DNA from: Longimicrobiales bacterium
Lineage (GTDB): Bacteria; Gemmatimonadota; Gemmatimonadetes; Longimicrobiales; Gaopeijiaceae
Direction: 5' to 3'
DNA length: 64,000 nt
Assembly: GCA_963664435.2 (NCBI GenBank)
Contig: CAXXKM010000001.1
Coordinates: 832,001-896,000 of the forward strand
Shown here: positions 27,851-37,241 of the stretch, piece after piece
Position numbering within the stretch: the stretch's first letter is position 1
Layout of the letters: every line of letters starts with the position of its first letter
Notes under the pieces: generated by a model
Told to the model about the DNA's origin: nothing
What the model saw: the letters and a program-made list of their open reading frames with translations, nothing else
Database searches by the model: none
Position numbers and translations under genes: made by a program

Positions 27851-28021
27851 ATGACCGCTGTTCGCCACAATCCTCTGATCTTCTATGTCCTGCTGATCGC
27901 CACCTTCGTGATGTCCGCCGGGGTGATCTGGTTCGTCGTCAGTTCCAGCGCGGCATCCGTCGGCGTCACCCTGGTGGGCGGGGCGGTCGTATTCCTCACC
28001 GGCCGGAAGATCTGCCAGTGA
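27851..28021 (+). CDS. Small two-TM membrane protein (56 aa; below the ORF-track cutoff)
   Basis: [56 protein letters not shown]; stop overlaps the next GTG (GTGA). Confidence 0.65.
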   Translation: MTAVRHNPLIFYVLLIATFVMSAGVIWFVVSSSAASVGVTLVGGAVVFLTGRKICQ

Positions 28022-28923
28022 GGCCCGGGGCGCGCTTGCCGCGCGCGATGCTGGTCGCGGTGGCCGCACTGGGGCTTGCCCCGCTGTCGGCCGCGGCCCA
28101 GCAGGATTTCTCCCAGGTCGAGATCCGCACCGAGCAGGTCGCCGACGGGCTGTACGTGCTCTTCGGCGCGGGCGGCAACATCGGCCTCTCGGTAGGAGAT
28201 GACGGCGCCTTTCTGGTCGACGACCAGTTCGCACCCCTCACCGGGAAGATCCTCGCCGCCGTGGCGGAGGTCACCGACATGCCCGTGCGCTGGGTACTGA
28301 ACACACACTGGCACGGCGACCACACCGGCGGGAACGAGAACCTCGGCCGCGAGGGCGCCCTGATCGTCGCGCACGAGAACGTGTACCGCCGCCTGAATCC
28401 CGCCGAGTTCGCCGACCTGGTGGGGCGTTCCCAGCAGTCCGCGCCGGAGGGGCTGCCGGTGGTGACCTTCAACGACCGGGTCAGCTTCCACTGGAACGGC
28501 GAGGACATCCGCGTAACCCACATGCCCAGTGCCCACACCGACGGCGACGCGCTGGTGTTCTTCACGAACGCCAACGCCGTGCACATGGGGGACACGTTCT
28601 TCAACGGGCGCTATCCGTTCATCGATGTGGACAGTGGCGGGAACGTCGACGGGGTCATCGCCATCGCCGAGTACGCGCTCGCCAACACGACGCCGGAGAC
28701 CCGCATCATCCCGGGGCATGGCGAGATCACCGACCAGACCTCCCTCCAGGCGTACCGTGACATGCTCTCCACCGTGCGCGAGCGCGTGAGCGGCATGATC
28801 GCCGAAGGGATGTCGGAGGACGACGTGGTCGCGGCCGGTCCTACCGCCGACCTGGACGCCATGTGGGGCGAGGATCCCGAGCGCTTCGTGCGCGGCGTCT
28901 ACGTCAGCCTTACCAGGAACTGA
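28018..28923 (+). CDS. MBL-fold metallo-hydrolase (cyclase-like), secreted
   Basis: [27 protein letters not shown]. Confidence 0.92.
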   Translation: MRPGARLPRAMLVAVAALGLAPLSAAAQQDFSQVEIRTEQVADGLYVLFGAGGNIGLSVGDDGAFLVDDQFAPLTGKILAAVAEVTDMPVRWVLNTHWHGDHTGGNENLGREGALIVAHENVYRRLNPAEFADLVGRSQQSAPEGLPVVTFNDRVSFHWNGEDIRVTHMPSAHTDGDALVFFTNANAVHMGDTFFNGRYPFIDVDSGGNVDGVIAIAEYALANTTPETRIIPGHGEITDQTSLQAYRDMLSTVRERVSGMIAEGMSEDDVVAAGPTADLDAMWGEDPERFVRGVYVSLTRN

Positions 28924-28946
28924 GCCAGATCCATCCCCGGAGGAAG

Positions 28947-29609
28947 ATGATGTCGCGTCGAAGCGCCATGACCATCGTGCTGGCCGTGCTGCTGCTGGGT
29001 GGATTCTACCTGGCAGTCGGCCGCCAGGGCGCCGCGCCACCCTCGGCTGAGGGAATGCCCGAAGCCGGCAGCCAGGCGGCGAACCTGGGCCCCGCCGACG
29101 GACGCGACCTGCCCGGGCAGGACACCGGTCGCGTGATGGTCGGCAATCCCGCCCCCGACTTCTCCCTCCTCGCCTACTCCGGCGAGGTCGTCACCCTCTC
29201 CGACTTCCGCGGCCAGAAGAACGTCGTCCTCGCCTTCTACCGCGGCCACTGGTGACCATGGTGCGCCGGTCAGCTCGGGGAGCTGAGTGAAATGCTGGAC
29301 GCCAACCAGCAGGCGGACGCGGAGATCCTCGCCATCTCCGTGGATGAGCGCCCGGAACAGCAGATGATGATCGACCGGGTCGCCGAGGAGCAGAACCGCA
29401 CCATCGACTACCACATCCTGGCCGACCCGGACCACGCCGTCATCGACCGCTACGGCCTCTTCAACGCCGACAGCCGCCGTCCGGTCCCCCACCCCGCCGT
29501 CTACGTGATCGACAGGGAGGGCGTGGTGCGCTGGAAGTTCATCGAGGTCAACTACCGCATCCGTCCCAGCAACGAGGACGTGATGGCGGCCCTGGCGGAG
29601 ATCGGCTAG
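28947..29609 (+). CDS. AhpC/TSA peroxiredoxin-like selenoprotein (UxxC)
   Basis: APDFSL...[16 protein letters not shown] reads in frame into ILAISVD...[19 protein letters not shown]-like hairpin follows. Confidence 0.9.
29270..29286 (+). other. Putative bacterial SECIS hairpin
   Basis: TCAGCTC-GGG-GAGCTGA; the G-containing apical loop starts 21 nt after the TGA at 29253-29255. Confidence 0.75.
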
Positions 29610-29653
29610 CGAGGTTGCACGGCCGCGACGATCATCGACTGGCCACTCCAGGA

Positions 29654-29716
29654 ACACGCCATATACGGCGTGTACTCGTCCTTTTTTCCGTGATTACACG
29701 CCATATCTGACGTTGT
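29654..29716. promoter_or_regulatory. Two operator-like sites upstream of the hipB-like gene
   Basis: ACACGCC-ATATAC-GGCGTGT palindrome and a degenerate second copy ACACGCCATATCTGACGTTGT. Confidence 0.65.
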
Positions 29717-29770
29717 GGCCAACGACACGTCCTTGACCTATCTTCGATGTGTTGAAGGGAGGTCAAGATT

Positions 29771-30088
29771 ATGGCTACGATCATTGCCACAAGCCGCACG
29801 CCCGACGTCCTGCGCGAGGTCGGCGCGCGCCTGAAGGCGCTGCGTCTCCAGCAGAACCTGCGGGTCCAGGACCTGGCCGCCGACTCGGGCGTGAGCCCGC
29901 GCACCATCGACCGCCTCGAGGCCGGGCACAGCATCGGCACGGAGAAGCTGGTCCGGGTCATGCGCGGACTGGGTCGTCTCCAGGCCTTCGAGGCCTTCGT
30001 CCCGATGCCCGAAGTTTCCCCCTACGAAATCGCCAGGCTCAGGGGAAGAGTGCGCCAACGGGCTTCGAGGAGGGCGGCCCGTGACTGA
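29771..30088 (+). CDS. XRE-family HTH regulator (HipB-like antitoxin)
   Basis: LKALRLQQNLRVQDLAADSGVSPRTIDRLEAG; overlaps the hipA-like start. Confidence 0.88.
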   Translation: MATIIATSRTPDVLREVGARLKALRLQQNLRVQDLAADSGVSPRTIDRLEAGHSIGTEKLVRVMRGLGRLQAFEAFVPMPEVSPYEIARLRGRVRQRASRRAARD

Positions 30089-30518
30089 CTACGCCGTGGT
30101 GCGGGTGCGACTCTGGGAGCGGGATGTCGGCATCCTGGGAGAGTCCTCGACGGGACGCGTAACCTTCGAATACGATCCGGATTTTCGCGGGTCCGGGCTC
30201 GTCATTTCCCCACTACACCTGCCCCTCCATCGTCGCGGTCCGGTAGCCTTCCCCGAACTGGCACGCAAGCCGGCGTTTCTGGGCCTGCCCGGTGTCTTTG
30301 CCGACGCCCTTCCGGACCGATTCGGCAACGCCATCATCCGCCGCTTTTTCGCGGATCGCGGGCGCTCGGCCGACGCCATGTCGCCGCTCCAGCGCCTTCT
30401 CTACATCGGAGACCGGGCGATGGGAGCGCTCGAGTTTCGCCCGCCCGGAATCCGGCGAAGAGCCGTGGCTCATCAAGTTCGATGGAGTGACGAGTACCCG
30501 CTCGTGGCGCTGGGCTGA
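30081..30518 (+). pseudogene. hipA: HipA-family toxin remnant
   Basis: N-terminal domain (FEYDPDF, DALPDRFG, GDRAMGALEFRP), then WLIKFDGV in another frame at 30466-30489; the rest of the kinase is absent. Confidence 0.85.
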
Positions 30519-30522
30519 GGGG

Positions 30523-32904
30523 TCAGTCCCCGAGCAGCTCGCGCATCTCCTCTTCGGTGAGGCCGATGCTGTCGAAGTCGATGTCTTCCTCGGGGTCGGC
30601 GGGACCGGGAGGAGGAGGAGGGGCGGCTCCGCGTGCGGCTGCGCCGGTAGTGACGCCGGGCATCGTCACGCCGGGTGTGGTGCGGGATGGCGTCGTCGCC
30701 GCTGGCCCGCCGGATGTCGTTGCTCCAGGCCCCGTCGCTGCGGGCGCGCCCCGGGTCGCCTCAGCAGCTTGCTCTGCCTTCCGCGACCTTCTGCGCTTCT
30801 TCAGCGGACGCTGTGATATGGGCCTTCCCCACCACGAGCCCAGCACTTCCGCCAGTTCCGCCGTGTCCCGGCCGCGGAAGAAGTAGCTGCGTCCCTTGAC
30901 CGGGCGGAGGTGGATGCCGGGGCGGATCAGCCCGAACGCGAGCGGAGGGCTTCGCAGGACTCCCCGGTTGAGCCACGCGCCGGAGCCGCGCTCCATCGCG
31001 ATCTCCTCGATGTCGTCGGCCTTGAGGATGCGCGAGCGCCAGGCGCGCGACTTGATGCGGATGTGATCCTCGAAGAGCAGCAGCTTGCGCGGAGGCCAGG
31101 CCGCGAGGACCGCGACGCCGGCGAGCAGGACGACGAGGAGGCCGCCGATGCCGGCGTGCTGAATGAGGTAGTCGTCGACGGGCGTAATCCAGCGGTCCAC
31201 CCCCCACCCGATCCCGACTGCGGCGATGCGCCCCAGAGCGAGCGCGAACCCCACCATTCCGAGGGTGTACGCCGTCCGCAGGAGGACGGGCAGCCGGAAA
31301 TGCGCTACGTAGCGGATCGCCTTCATCTCAACCGGGCGGGTCAGCGCCCACGCGACCACCTTCAGCGTGATCCAGACCAGCACCGCAACCGCAACCACCG
31401 CCATCCCCTGGCTGAGCGGCTGCGTGCGCGTCACCGTCAACACCTGCCGGGACTCGTCGAATGTGCGGGCCGCGAAGGACGCGACCTGGCTCTGGGTCAG
31501 GTTCTCGTAGAAGGAGAGGACGTCCGGGAAGTCGGTGAAGGTGGCCGGGTCGTAGAAGAGCTGCCGGGTCCAGGCGTTGAGGGACTCCGCGGTCTGGTTG
31601 GCGCCGCGAAGACGTTCGATCACGGCGGCGCGATCCGTTTCGAACTCGGCGGTGGCAAGCGAGCCTGACCGAAGGTATTCGATCTCCTCGTCGATGATGG
31701 CCGTGGCGAAGTCGTAGTCGTCTTCGTCGATGCGGCTGCTCACCTGCAGGTACGCCGCCGGACCGCGCATGACCAGGTTGGCGCTCGCGCCGTACACGGC
31801 CTTGCGTTCCCCGTAGCGCAGTCGCTGGTTGAGCCTGCGGTTGAGGAGGTCGCGGACGAACAGCGCCGTCAGCAGCTCGTCGGAGTTGGCATAGAAGAGC
31901 TTGTGGCGGGATTGGTACTGCGCCGTGGACTGGAAGCCCCAGCGGTAGATGGACTTCCCGCGCCCCGGGTCCTCGGCCGCCGTCGCCCAGCGCTCGACCG
32001 GGCGCGCGGGGATCGATCCGAAGGTGCGCTGGGCGCGGGCGAGCGCTTCGTCGCGGTCGAGGTCGCCGACGATCGTGACGGTCATGACCGCGGGCGAATA
32101 GTACTGGTCGTAGAAGCCGCGCAGATCCTCCGGGGTGATGCTCTGCAGGCTCCGCCACAGGTCCGGGAACGGGGCGCGCTGCCGCTCGACGCCGAACTCT
32201 CGCTCCCAGAAGTCGGGGGGCGCGAGCCACCCCGGGTTGAGCGCGGCCACAAGGTGGTCGAAGAACTCGCGCGGCCGGGCGCGGATCTCGTTCTCGACGG
32301 GTTGCCGCCCGCGGTCCACCACGGCGGTGTCCATCTCGTGGGGCGAGAGGATGCCGGCCAGCCACTCGATGGCGAAGAGCCCGTGCTCACGGCCGATGGT
32401 GACGTAGTACCAGGTGTGGTCGCGGTAGGTGAAGCCGTTGCGCCGCCCGCCGATCCCCTCCACCGCGTCCTTGATCTCCTGCTCGGTGCGGCCGTCGTGG
32501 TCCGAGAAGAGCATGTGCTCCGTGAAGTGGGCGAGCTGCTCCTTGCCGGGCGGATCGGCGTCCGAACCGACCGGCACCCCCGCGCTCACCGAGACGTTGG
32601 GCGCGCCGGGAAGGTGCTTGAACCAGATCCTGACGCCATTGGAGAGGAAGTGGGTCTCGAACCCGGCGAAGGGGTTGGAGGGGGCCGTCCCCTCGGCCTC
32701 TACCGCGCCCGCGTCCCCCGCGGAGGGATCGACTTCGGCTGGTTCCTGGCCGGAGCCCGGCTCGGGCAGGAGCGGCAGCCACGCCAACAGACCGACAAGA
32801 GCGGCACGCCAGTGCCATCTTGAGACAGCCGCCCGGGGCACGCGCACTTCCAACCCTTGTCGAGCGAGTCTCATCTCGGGTTCCGGTCCGGCCATCTTGC
32901 ACAT
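30523..32904 (-). CDS. M16 (insulinase-family) peptidase with C-terminal membrane segment
   Basis: HFTEH inverted zinc motif, NGFTYRDHTWY, two M16 lobes, about three C-terminal hydrophobic helices. Confidence 0.88.
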   Translation of the reverse strand: MCKMAGPEPEMRLARQGLEVRVPRAAVSRWHWRAALVGLLAWLPLLPEPGSGQEPAEVDPSAGDAGAVEAEGTAPSNPFAGFETHFLSNGVRIWFKHLPGAPNVSVSAGVPVGSDADPPGKEQLAHFTEHMLFSDHDGRTEQEIKDAVEGIGGRRNGFTYRDHTWYYVTIGREHGLFAIEWLAGILSPHEMDTAVVDRGRQPVENEIRARPREFFDHLVAALNPGWLAPPDFWEREFGVERQRAPFPDLWRSLQSITPEDLRGFYDQYYSPAVMTVTIVGDLDRDEALARAQRTFGSIPARPVERWATAAEDPGRGKSIYRWGFQSTAQYQSRHKLFYANSDELLTALFVRDLLNRRLNQRLRYGERKAVYGASANLVMRGPAAYLQVSSRIDEDDYDFATAIIDEEIEYLRSGSLATAEFETDRAAVIERLRGANQTAESLNAWTRQLFYDPATFTDFPDVLSFYENLTQSQVASFAARTFDESRQVLTVTRTQPLSQGMAVVAVAVLVWITLKVVAWALTRPVEMKAIRYVAHFRLPVLLRTAYTLGMVGFALALGRIAAVGIGWGVDRWITPVDDYLIQHAGIGGLLVVLLAGVAVLAAWPPRKLLLFEDHIRIKSRAWRSRILKADDIEEIAMERGSGAWLNRGVLRSPPLAFGLIRPGIHLRPVKGRSYFFRGRDTAELAEVLGSWWGRPISQRPLKKRRRSRKAEQAAEATRGAPAATGPGATTSGGPAATTPSRTTPGVTMPGVTTGAAARGAAPPPPPGPADPEEDIDFDSIGLTEEEMRELLGD

Positions 32905-32925
32905 GATCCTCGCTCAAGGGATCCG

Positions 32926-33804
32926 TCAGCTCGCGAGGGTGCGCTCGAGGTAGGCCTTGAGCCGATCCCAGGCATCCTGTGCTGGGGCGGTGCGCAACTC
33001 GGGATCGCCGTCCACGCGCAACCAGAAGCCGTGGTTGACGGCATCGTAGATGTGGACGTCGTTATCGATGCCCTGGGCGCGCAGCGCGTCGACGAACTGG
33101 TTCACCTGTTCGGGCGGGATGCCGCCGTCCATCTCCGCGAAGGTGCCGTACACCTCGTGGTCGATTCCCGCCAGCACCGCCGGATCGGTGACCAGCCGCC
33201 CGTAGAAGATCGCGGTGGCGTCGTGATGCTCGCCCCCCAGCGCGTAGGTGAGCGCGATGCCGCCGCCGAAGCACCACCCCATGGTGCCGATCGCACCGGT
33301 CACGTCGTCGCGCGCGCGCAGAAAGTTCACCGCCTCGTTCAGGTTGGCGATGACCGCGTCCGGATCGGCGTTCGCTTCCGCCATGAGCGCACGGTTCTCG
33401 TCCGGATTGGCTCCGGTGCGGCCCTGGAACAGGTCCGCGGCCAGCGCCACGTATCCTTCATCGGCCATCGCGTCCGCGACCTGGCGCACCCGGTCCACCA
33501 GTCCGTTCCATTCGTGGATCAGCACCAGTGCCGGAAAGGGGCCTTCCCCCTCGGGCACCGCCAGGTATCCGCGGGTGGCGTCGTCACCGGCGAGATAGTG
33601 GACGTTGTCACCGCGGGGCGCGGGCGCAGTGCCGAGGATCGCGGCGGGTAGCCCGCCATCATCCGCGGAGCCCATTTCGACGCGGATTTCCATGCCGCCG
33701 CCGTCGGGGCCCTCGCCGCCGTCGGAGGAAGGCGCGCAGGCAAGGATGGAGAAGAGGAGGACGATGCCGGGGATGCGCGATCGATGGAGCGTGACGGAGT
33801 TCAT
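32926..33804 (-). CDS. Dienelactone hydrolase family lipoprotein
   Basis: IHEWNG, GWCFGG nucleophile, HGF; lipobox ILAC. Confidence 0.92.
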   Translation of the reverse strand: MNSVTLHRSRIPGIVLLFSILACAPSSDGGEGPDGGGMEIRVEMGSADDGGLPAAILGTAPAPRGDNVHYLAGDDATRGYLAVPEGEGPFPALVLIHEWNGLVDRVRQVADAMADEGYVALAADLFQGRTGANPDENRALMAEANADPDAVIANLNEAVNFLRARDDVTGAIGTMGWCFGGGIALTYALGGEHHDATAIFYGRLVTDPAVLAGIDHEVYGTFAEMDGGIPPEQVNQFVDALRAQGIDNDVHIYDAVNHGFWLRVDGDPELRTAPAQDAWDRLKAYLERTLAS

Positions 33805-33896
33805 CTTCCCTCCCGGTGGATAGGAATGCGGGAACTTGACGATTTTGCACCCTGGCGGAGCCGTGGAATCTCTGGAAGGCAAGGCCATCCGCGTTT

Positions 33897-34577
33897 CTAC
33901 CGGGGTTCGGCGCGCTCCCCCCTGTACTCCACATGCAGCCGGGGCGTTCGTTCGTTCACGCGAATCCACATGCGTACTTCGTCGTGGGGGGGCTCCGGGT
34001 TTCCGAACCCCATGCGCCATTCTTCCCGGTGATGGTTGTAGACGAAGTACTCGCAGTCGGATTCGTAGACGGGCCGGTGCGCGTTCCTGCGCGAGGGCAA
34101 CTCGCCCTGTCGCTCAAGCCCGGGATAGGTGCGCTGGATGTCGCGGGTCAGGAGGTCCCAGATGGTCTGGCAGCTCTCCAGGGGCATCACCATCACGTAG
34201 GCGCCCTCGACCAGTTCGCCGGTATCGGGATGGAAGTAGTAGCCGGCGAGGGCCTCCCGGCCCAGCAGCCGCACTGGCGTCGAGTAGATGCGCAGCCCTT
34301 CGCGTTCGCCCACCTGCTCGGTTTCGGCGATCTCGGGGATGTCGTCGACACGGCTGCCCCACGGGTGTCCGCGGAACCCGTCGACGATGGGTTCCTGCGC
34401 GGCGGCGGGAGTCGACTGCCAGGTGAGGGTCGCCGCGAAGACGACGCCGAGGAGCCGCCACCTCGGGGCGCAGCGAAGGATGGAGCCGGGAATGCCGCCG
34501 GAATTCAGGCTCTCCACGAGCCGGATGGGAGCAAGCCGTCCGGAAGTCTCGCGCGCGCGTTCCATGATGTTCGGCAT
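33897..34577 (-). CDS. Hypothetical secreted protein
   Basis: Signal-like segment ending AAA|QEP, then DGFRGHPWG; protein-like composition; start uncertain. Confidence 0.6.
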   Translation of the reverse strand: MPNIMERARETSGRLAPIRLVESLNSGGIPGSILRCAPRWRLLGVVFAATLTWQSTPAAAQEPIVDGFRGHPWGSRVDDIPEIAETEQVGEREGLRIYSTPVRLLGREALAGYYFHPDTGELVEGAYVMVMPLESCQTIWDLLTRDIQRTYPGLERQGELPSRRNAHRPVYESDCEYFVYNHHREEWRMGFGNPEPPHDEVRMWIRVNERTPRLHVEYRGERAEPR

Positions 34578-34702
34578 GTCCACAAAGCTAGCGCTTCGGC
34601 CGACGAGGAGCGACCTCGTGTGACTGCAGGATCGTCGCCAACCTGAAGCGGCGCCAGGCAGATCCCGAACTGCGTCGCGTGGGGGCCTGCGGTCCCGCCG
34701 CG

Positions 34703-35458
34703 TCAGTCCGCGTAGTCCTGGCCCTCGGCGTCCAGAACGTCCTTCATGCCCCTGAGGTAGCCCGCTTCGCCCCAGGACTCGATGGACAGTTCGGCGTTGT
34801 GCTTCGCGGCCGCGATCGGCATCGGGCGAATCTTCCGGCCGGCCTGCAGCACGAGCATTTCGTTCATACACGCGCGCTCCAACTGATAGAGCCAGAGAAT
34901 CGTCTTTTCGATGGTGTCCCCGACGACGAGCACGCCGTGGTTGGCGAGAAAGAGCACGCGCTTGTCGCCGAGCGCCTCGGCCATGCGCTCTCCCTCGCCG
35001 GACTCGGTGACAAGCCCCTCGTACCCGAAATAGGCGCAGTTCCCGTAGAAAACGGCCGCGTTCTGGCTCCCGCGCTCATCCAGTCTCCACCCGTCGATGG
35101 AGGCGAGGGCGGTGCTCCAGGGGGCGTGGACGTGCAGCGCGCACACGATGTCGGGCCGCGCGCGCTGGATGGGATCGTGGATCGCCCACGCGCTCACGTT
35201 GAGCCGCCCTTCCCTGCCGACCGGCCTTCCCTTCGAGCCGACCTCGACGAGGCTGCTCGCCGTTACGCGCGAGAAATGCGTCTGCCCGGGCGTGATGAGC
35301 AGGTGTCCGGGTCTGCCGGGCACCTTGCAGCTGAAGTGGTTCCAGGTACCCTCGTGCATGTTCTCGTGCACCACGATCCGATGCACGGCCGCGAAATCGA
35401 TACGGCACCGCCTCAACACGCGGGTGTCGTGCGCAACCGGGTCCGTGCCGACAATCAA
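34703..35458 (-). CDS. Class II aldolase/adducin family protein
   Basis: EGTWNHFS, IHDPI, LHVHAPW, FLANHGV; TTG start overlaps the upstream TGA. Confidence 0.9.
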   Translation of the reverse strand: MIVGTDPVAHDTRVLRRCRIDFAAVHRIVVHENMHEGTWNHFSCKVPGRPGHLLITPGQTHFSRVTASSLVEVGSKGRPVGREGRLNVSAWAIHDPIQRARPDIVCALHVHAPWSTALASIDGWRLDERGSQNAAVFYGNCAYFGYEGLVTESGEGERMAEALGDKRVLFLANHGVLVVGDTIEKTILWLYQLERACMNEMLVLQAGRKIRPMPIAAAKHNAELSIESWGEAGYLRGMKDVLDAEGQDYAD

Positions 35459-35997
35459 AAGACCAGCGTCTCCAGCGCGACGAGTATTCCCAGCGCCAGA
35501 CCCACGATGCCACCCAGCTTGATCGTCATGCGGTGTTCGAGCGCGCGCATGTCGGCCCTCAGCGAAGTCTCGGTTTTCTCCAGATCGCCACGCAATGCGG
35601 TGATCTCGGCTCGCAGCGACGCTTCCGTTTTCTCCAAGTCCCCGCGCAGCGACGCCTCGGTCTTCTCCAGATCGTCGCGCAATGCGGTGATCTCGGCTCG
35701 CAGCGACGCTTCCGTTTTCCCCAACTCGTCCCGCAGCGACGCCTCGGTGTGCTCCAAGTCCCCGCGTAGCGACGTCAAGTCCCCACGCAACGACATCAAC
35801 TCCCCACGCAGCGACGCTTCCAGTTCCTGCATTTCCCGACGCAGCGCCTCTTCCGTTTCCTTCACATGGCGCTTGGTGGCCAGACTCTCGTCCACACACT
35901 GCGCGAAGGTGTCCACGAGCACGCGAGCCTGATCCTCGCTGAAGCCCGCTTCCTGCCGCAGTCTGGTGGCGGCGCTGAGCGTGTCGAAGGCGATCAT
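35455..35997 (-). CDS. DUF1640/CCDC90-like membrane-anchored coiled-coil protein
   Basis: FDTL...AGFSEDQA head, LATK neck, repetitive coiled-coil stalk, C-terminal TM helix. Confidence 0.88.
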   Translation of the reverse strand: MIAFDTLSAATRLRQEAGFSEDQARVLVDTFAQCVDESLATKRHVKETEEALRREMQELEASLRGELMSLRGDLTSLRGDLEHTEASLRDELGKTEASLRAEITALRDDLEKTEASLRGDLEKTEASLRAEITALRGDLEKTETSLRADMRALEHRMTIKLGGIVGLALGILVALETLVF

Positions 35998-36339
35998 GGT
36001 CTCCCTAATGTTGCCGCTTGCTGCCGCGATTGCCAGAACGCGGGCCCAAAACGGGATCGACGACCAATCGGCGATTCGCAATCTGGCAGCGCCTTCCCGG
36101 CGCGAAAATGGCGGAATGGGACGATTCGAGCATCGATCGTCGCGGAGCGTGATGACGGTGATGGGAACACACCGAGTTCTCTGAGACCTTCGGTGAACCA
36201 GGACGGAAGCGATTTGGACCGCGCGGGCCGGCCGGTCTTGCCGGTGCGCCCCCGCGCGCGCATGGTCATGAAGGTTCCTGCTGTCAGGTCATGCAGGTTC
36301 CGTCATGCAGCTGCTGTCGCACCGTCTGGAGGTTTCGTC

Positions 36340-37197
36340 ATGAAAAACTCATCGCTGGCCACATTCGCGGTCGCCCTCGGCATCTCTTTCGCGGCAGGCT
36401 CTGGAGAGGCCGCCGCCCAGGGAGACAACATGCTCGACATGATGGAGTTCGAGCGTCCCATCGAGGCCCTGGACAACGTCTGGATCGAGGAGCTGACCAT
36501 GCTCGAGGTCCGGGACGCACTGCGCGAGGGCACCAACACGGCCCTGATCCTCACCGGCGGAATCGAGGAGAACGGGCCCTACCTCACGACCGGCAAACAC
36601 AACCACGTGCTGCGGGTCATGGGAGATGCGATCGCGCGCCGGCTCGGGAACACCCTGGTCGCGCCCATCGTCACCATCGAGCCCGGCAACCCGGAGACCG
36701 CGAGCTCGCCGGGCGGCATCCGCTTCTCGCAGGAGACCTACCAAGCCGTGCTGCGCGACATGGCGGTGAGCCTCAAGGCCCAGGGGTTCACCCGCATCTT
36801 CATGCTGGGCGACAGCGGCGGGAACCAGCGCGGCATGGCGGCCGTGGCCACGGAGCTCTCGGAGACATGGGCGGACGAGGACATCGTCATCGCCCACATC
36901 CGCGAGTACTACAACTACGGCGACGTGCTGACGTATCAGCGCGAGGTGCTCGGGATCGACGAGGATCCCCGGCTGGAGGGCCTCCACGACGACTACTACA
37001 TCACGTCGATCATCATGAACGACGACCCGCAGCATGTGCGGCTCCAGCAGCGCATCGCGGCCGACAAGGCGTCGATCAACGGCATCAGCATCCTGCCGGT
37101 CGAGCGGACCCTGGAGCACGGCGAGAGGCTGATCGAGTTCCGGACCGACGCGACCGTGGAGGCGATCCACAGGGTGCTGATGGCTCGGGGCAGCTGA
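36340..37197 (+). CDS. Creatininase-family protein, secreted
   Basis: TGGIEENGPYL.TGKHN, GDSGGNQ; signal peptide. Confidence 0.88.
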   Translation: MKNSSLATFAVALGISFAAGSGEAAAQGDNMLDMMEFERPIEALDNVWIEELTMLEVRDALREGTNTALILTGGIEENGPYLTTGKHNHVLRVMGDAIARRLGNTLVAPIVTIEPGNPETASSPGGIRFSQETYQAVLRDMAVSLKAQGFTRIFMLGDSGGNQRGMAAVATELSETWADEDIVIAHIREYYNYGDVLTYQREVLGIDEDPRLEGLHDDYYITSIIMNDDPQHVRLQQRIAADKASINGISILPVERTLEHGERLIEFRTDATVEAIHRVLMARGS

Positions 37198-37241
37198 CTT
37201 TCCAGATTCTCGGTGCTTCCAAATCCGGTGGAGCCAGGACC

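Noticed and set aside
29253..29255. Nonsense mutation making the peroxiredoxin a pseudogene
   Set aside because: The TGA falls on the catalytic position and is followed by a SECIS-like hairpin; recoding fits better.
35459..35899. Repeat-containing N-terminal extension of the aldolase ORF
   Set aside because: It is the alternative frame of the DUF1640 repeats.
36291..37241. Apparent 1422-aa protein
   Set aside because: The first part is an off-frame read of the creatininase gene; the BNR protein starts near 37242.
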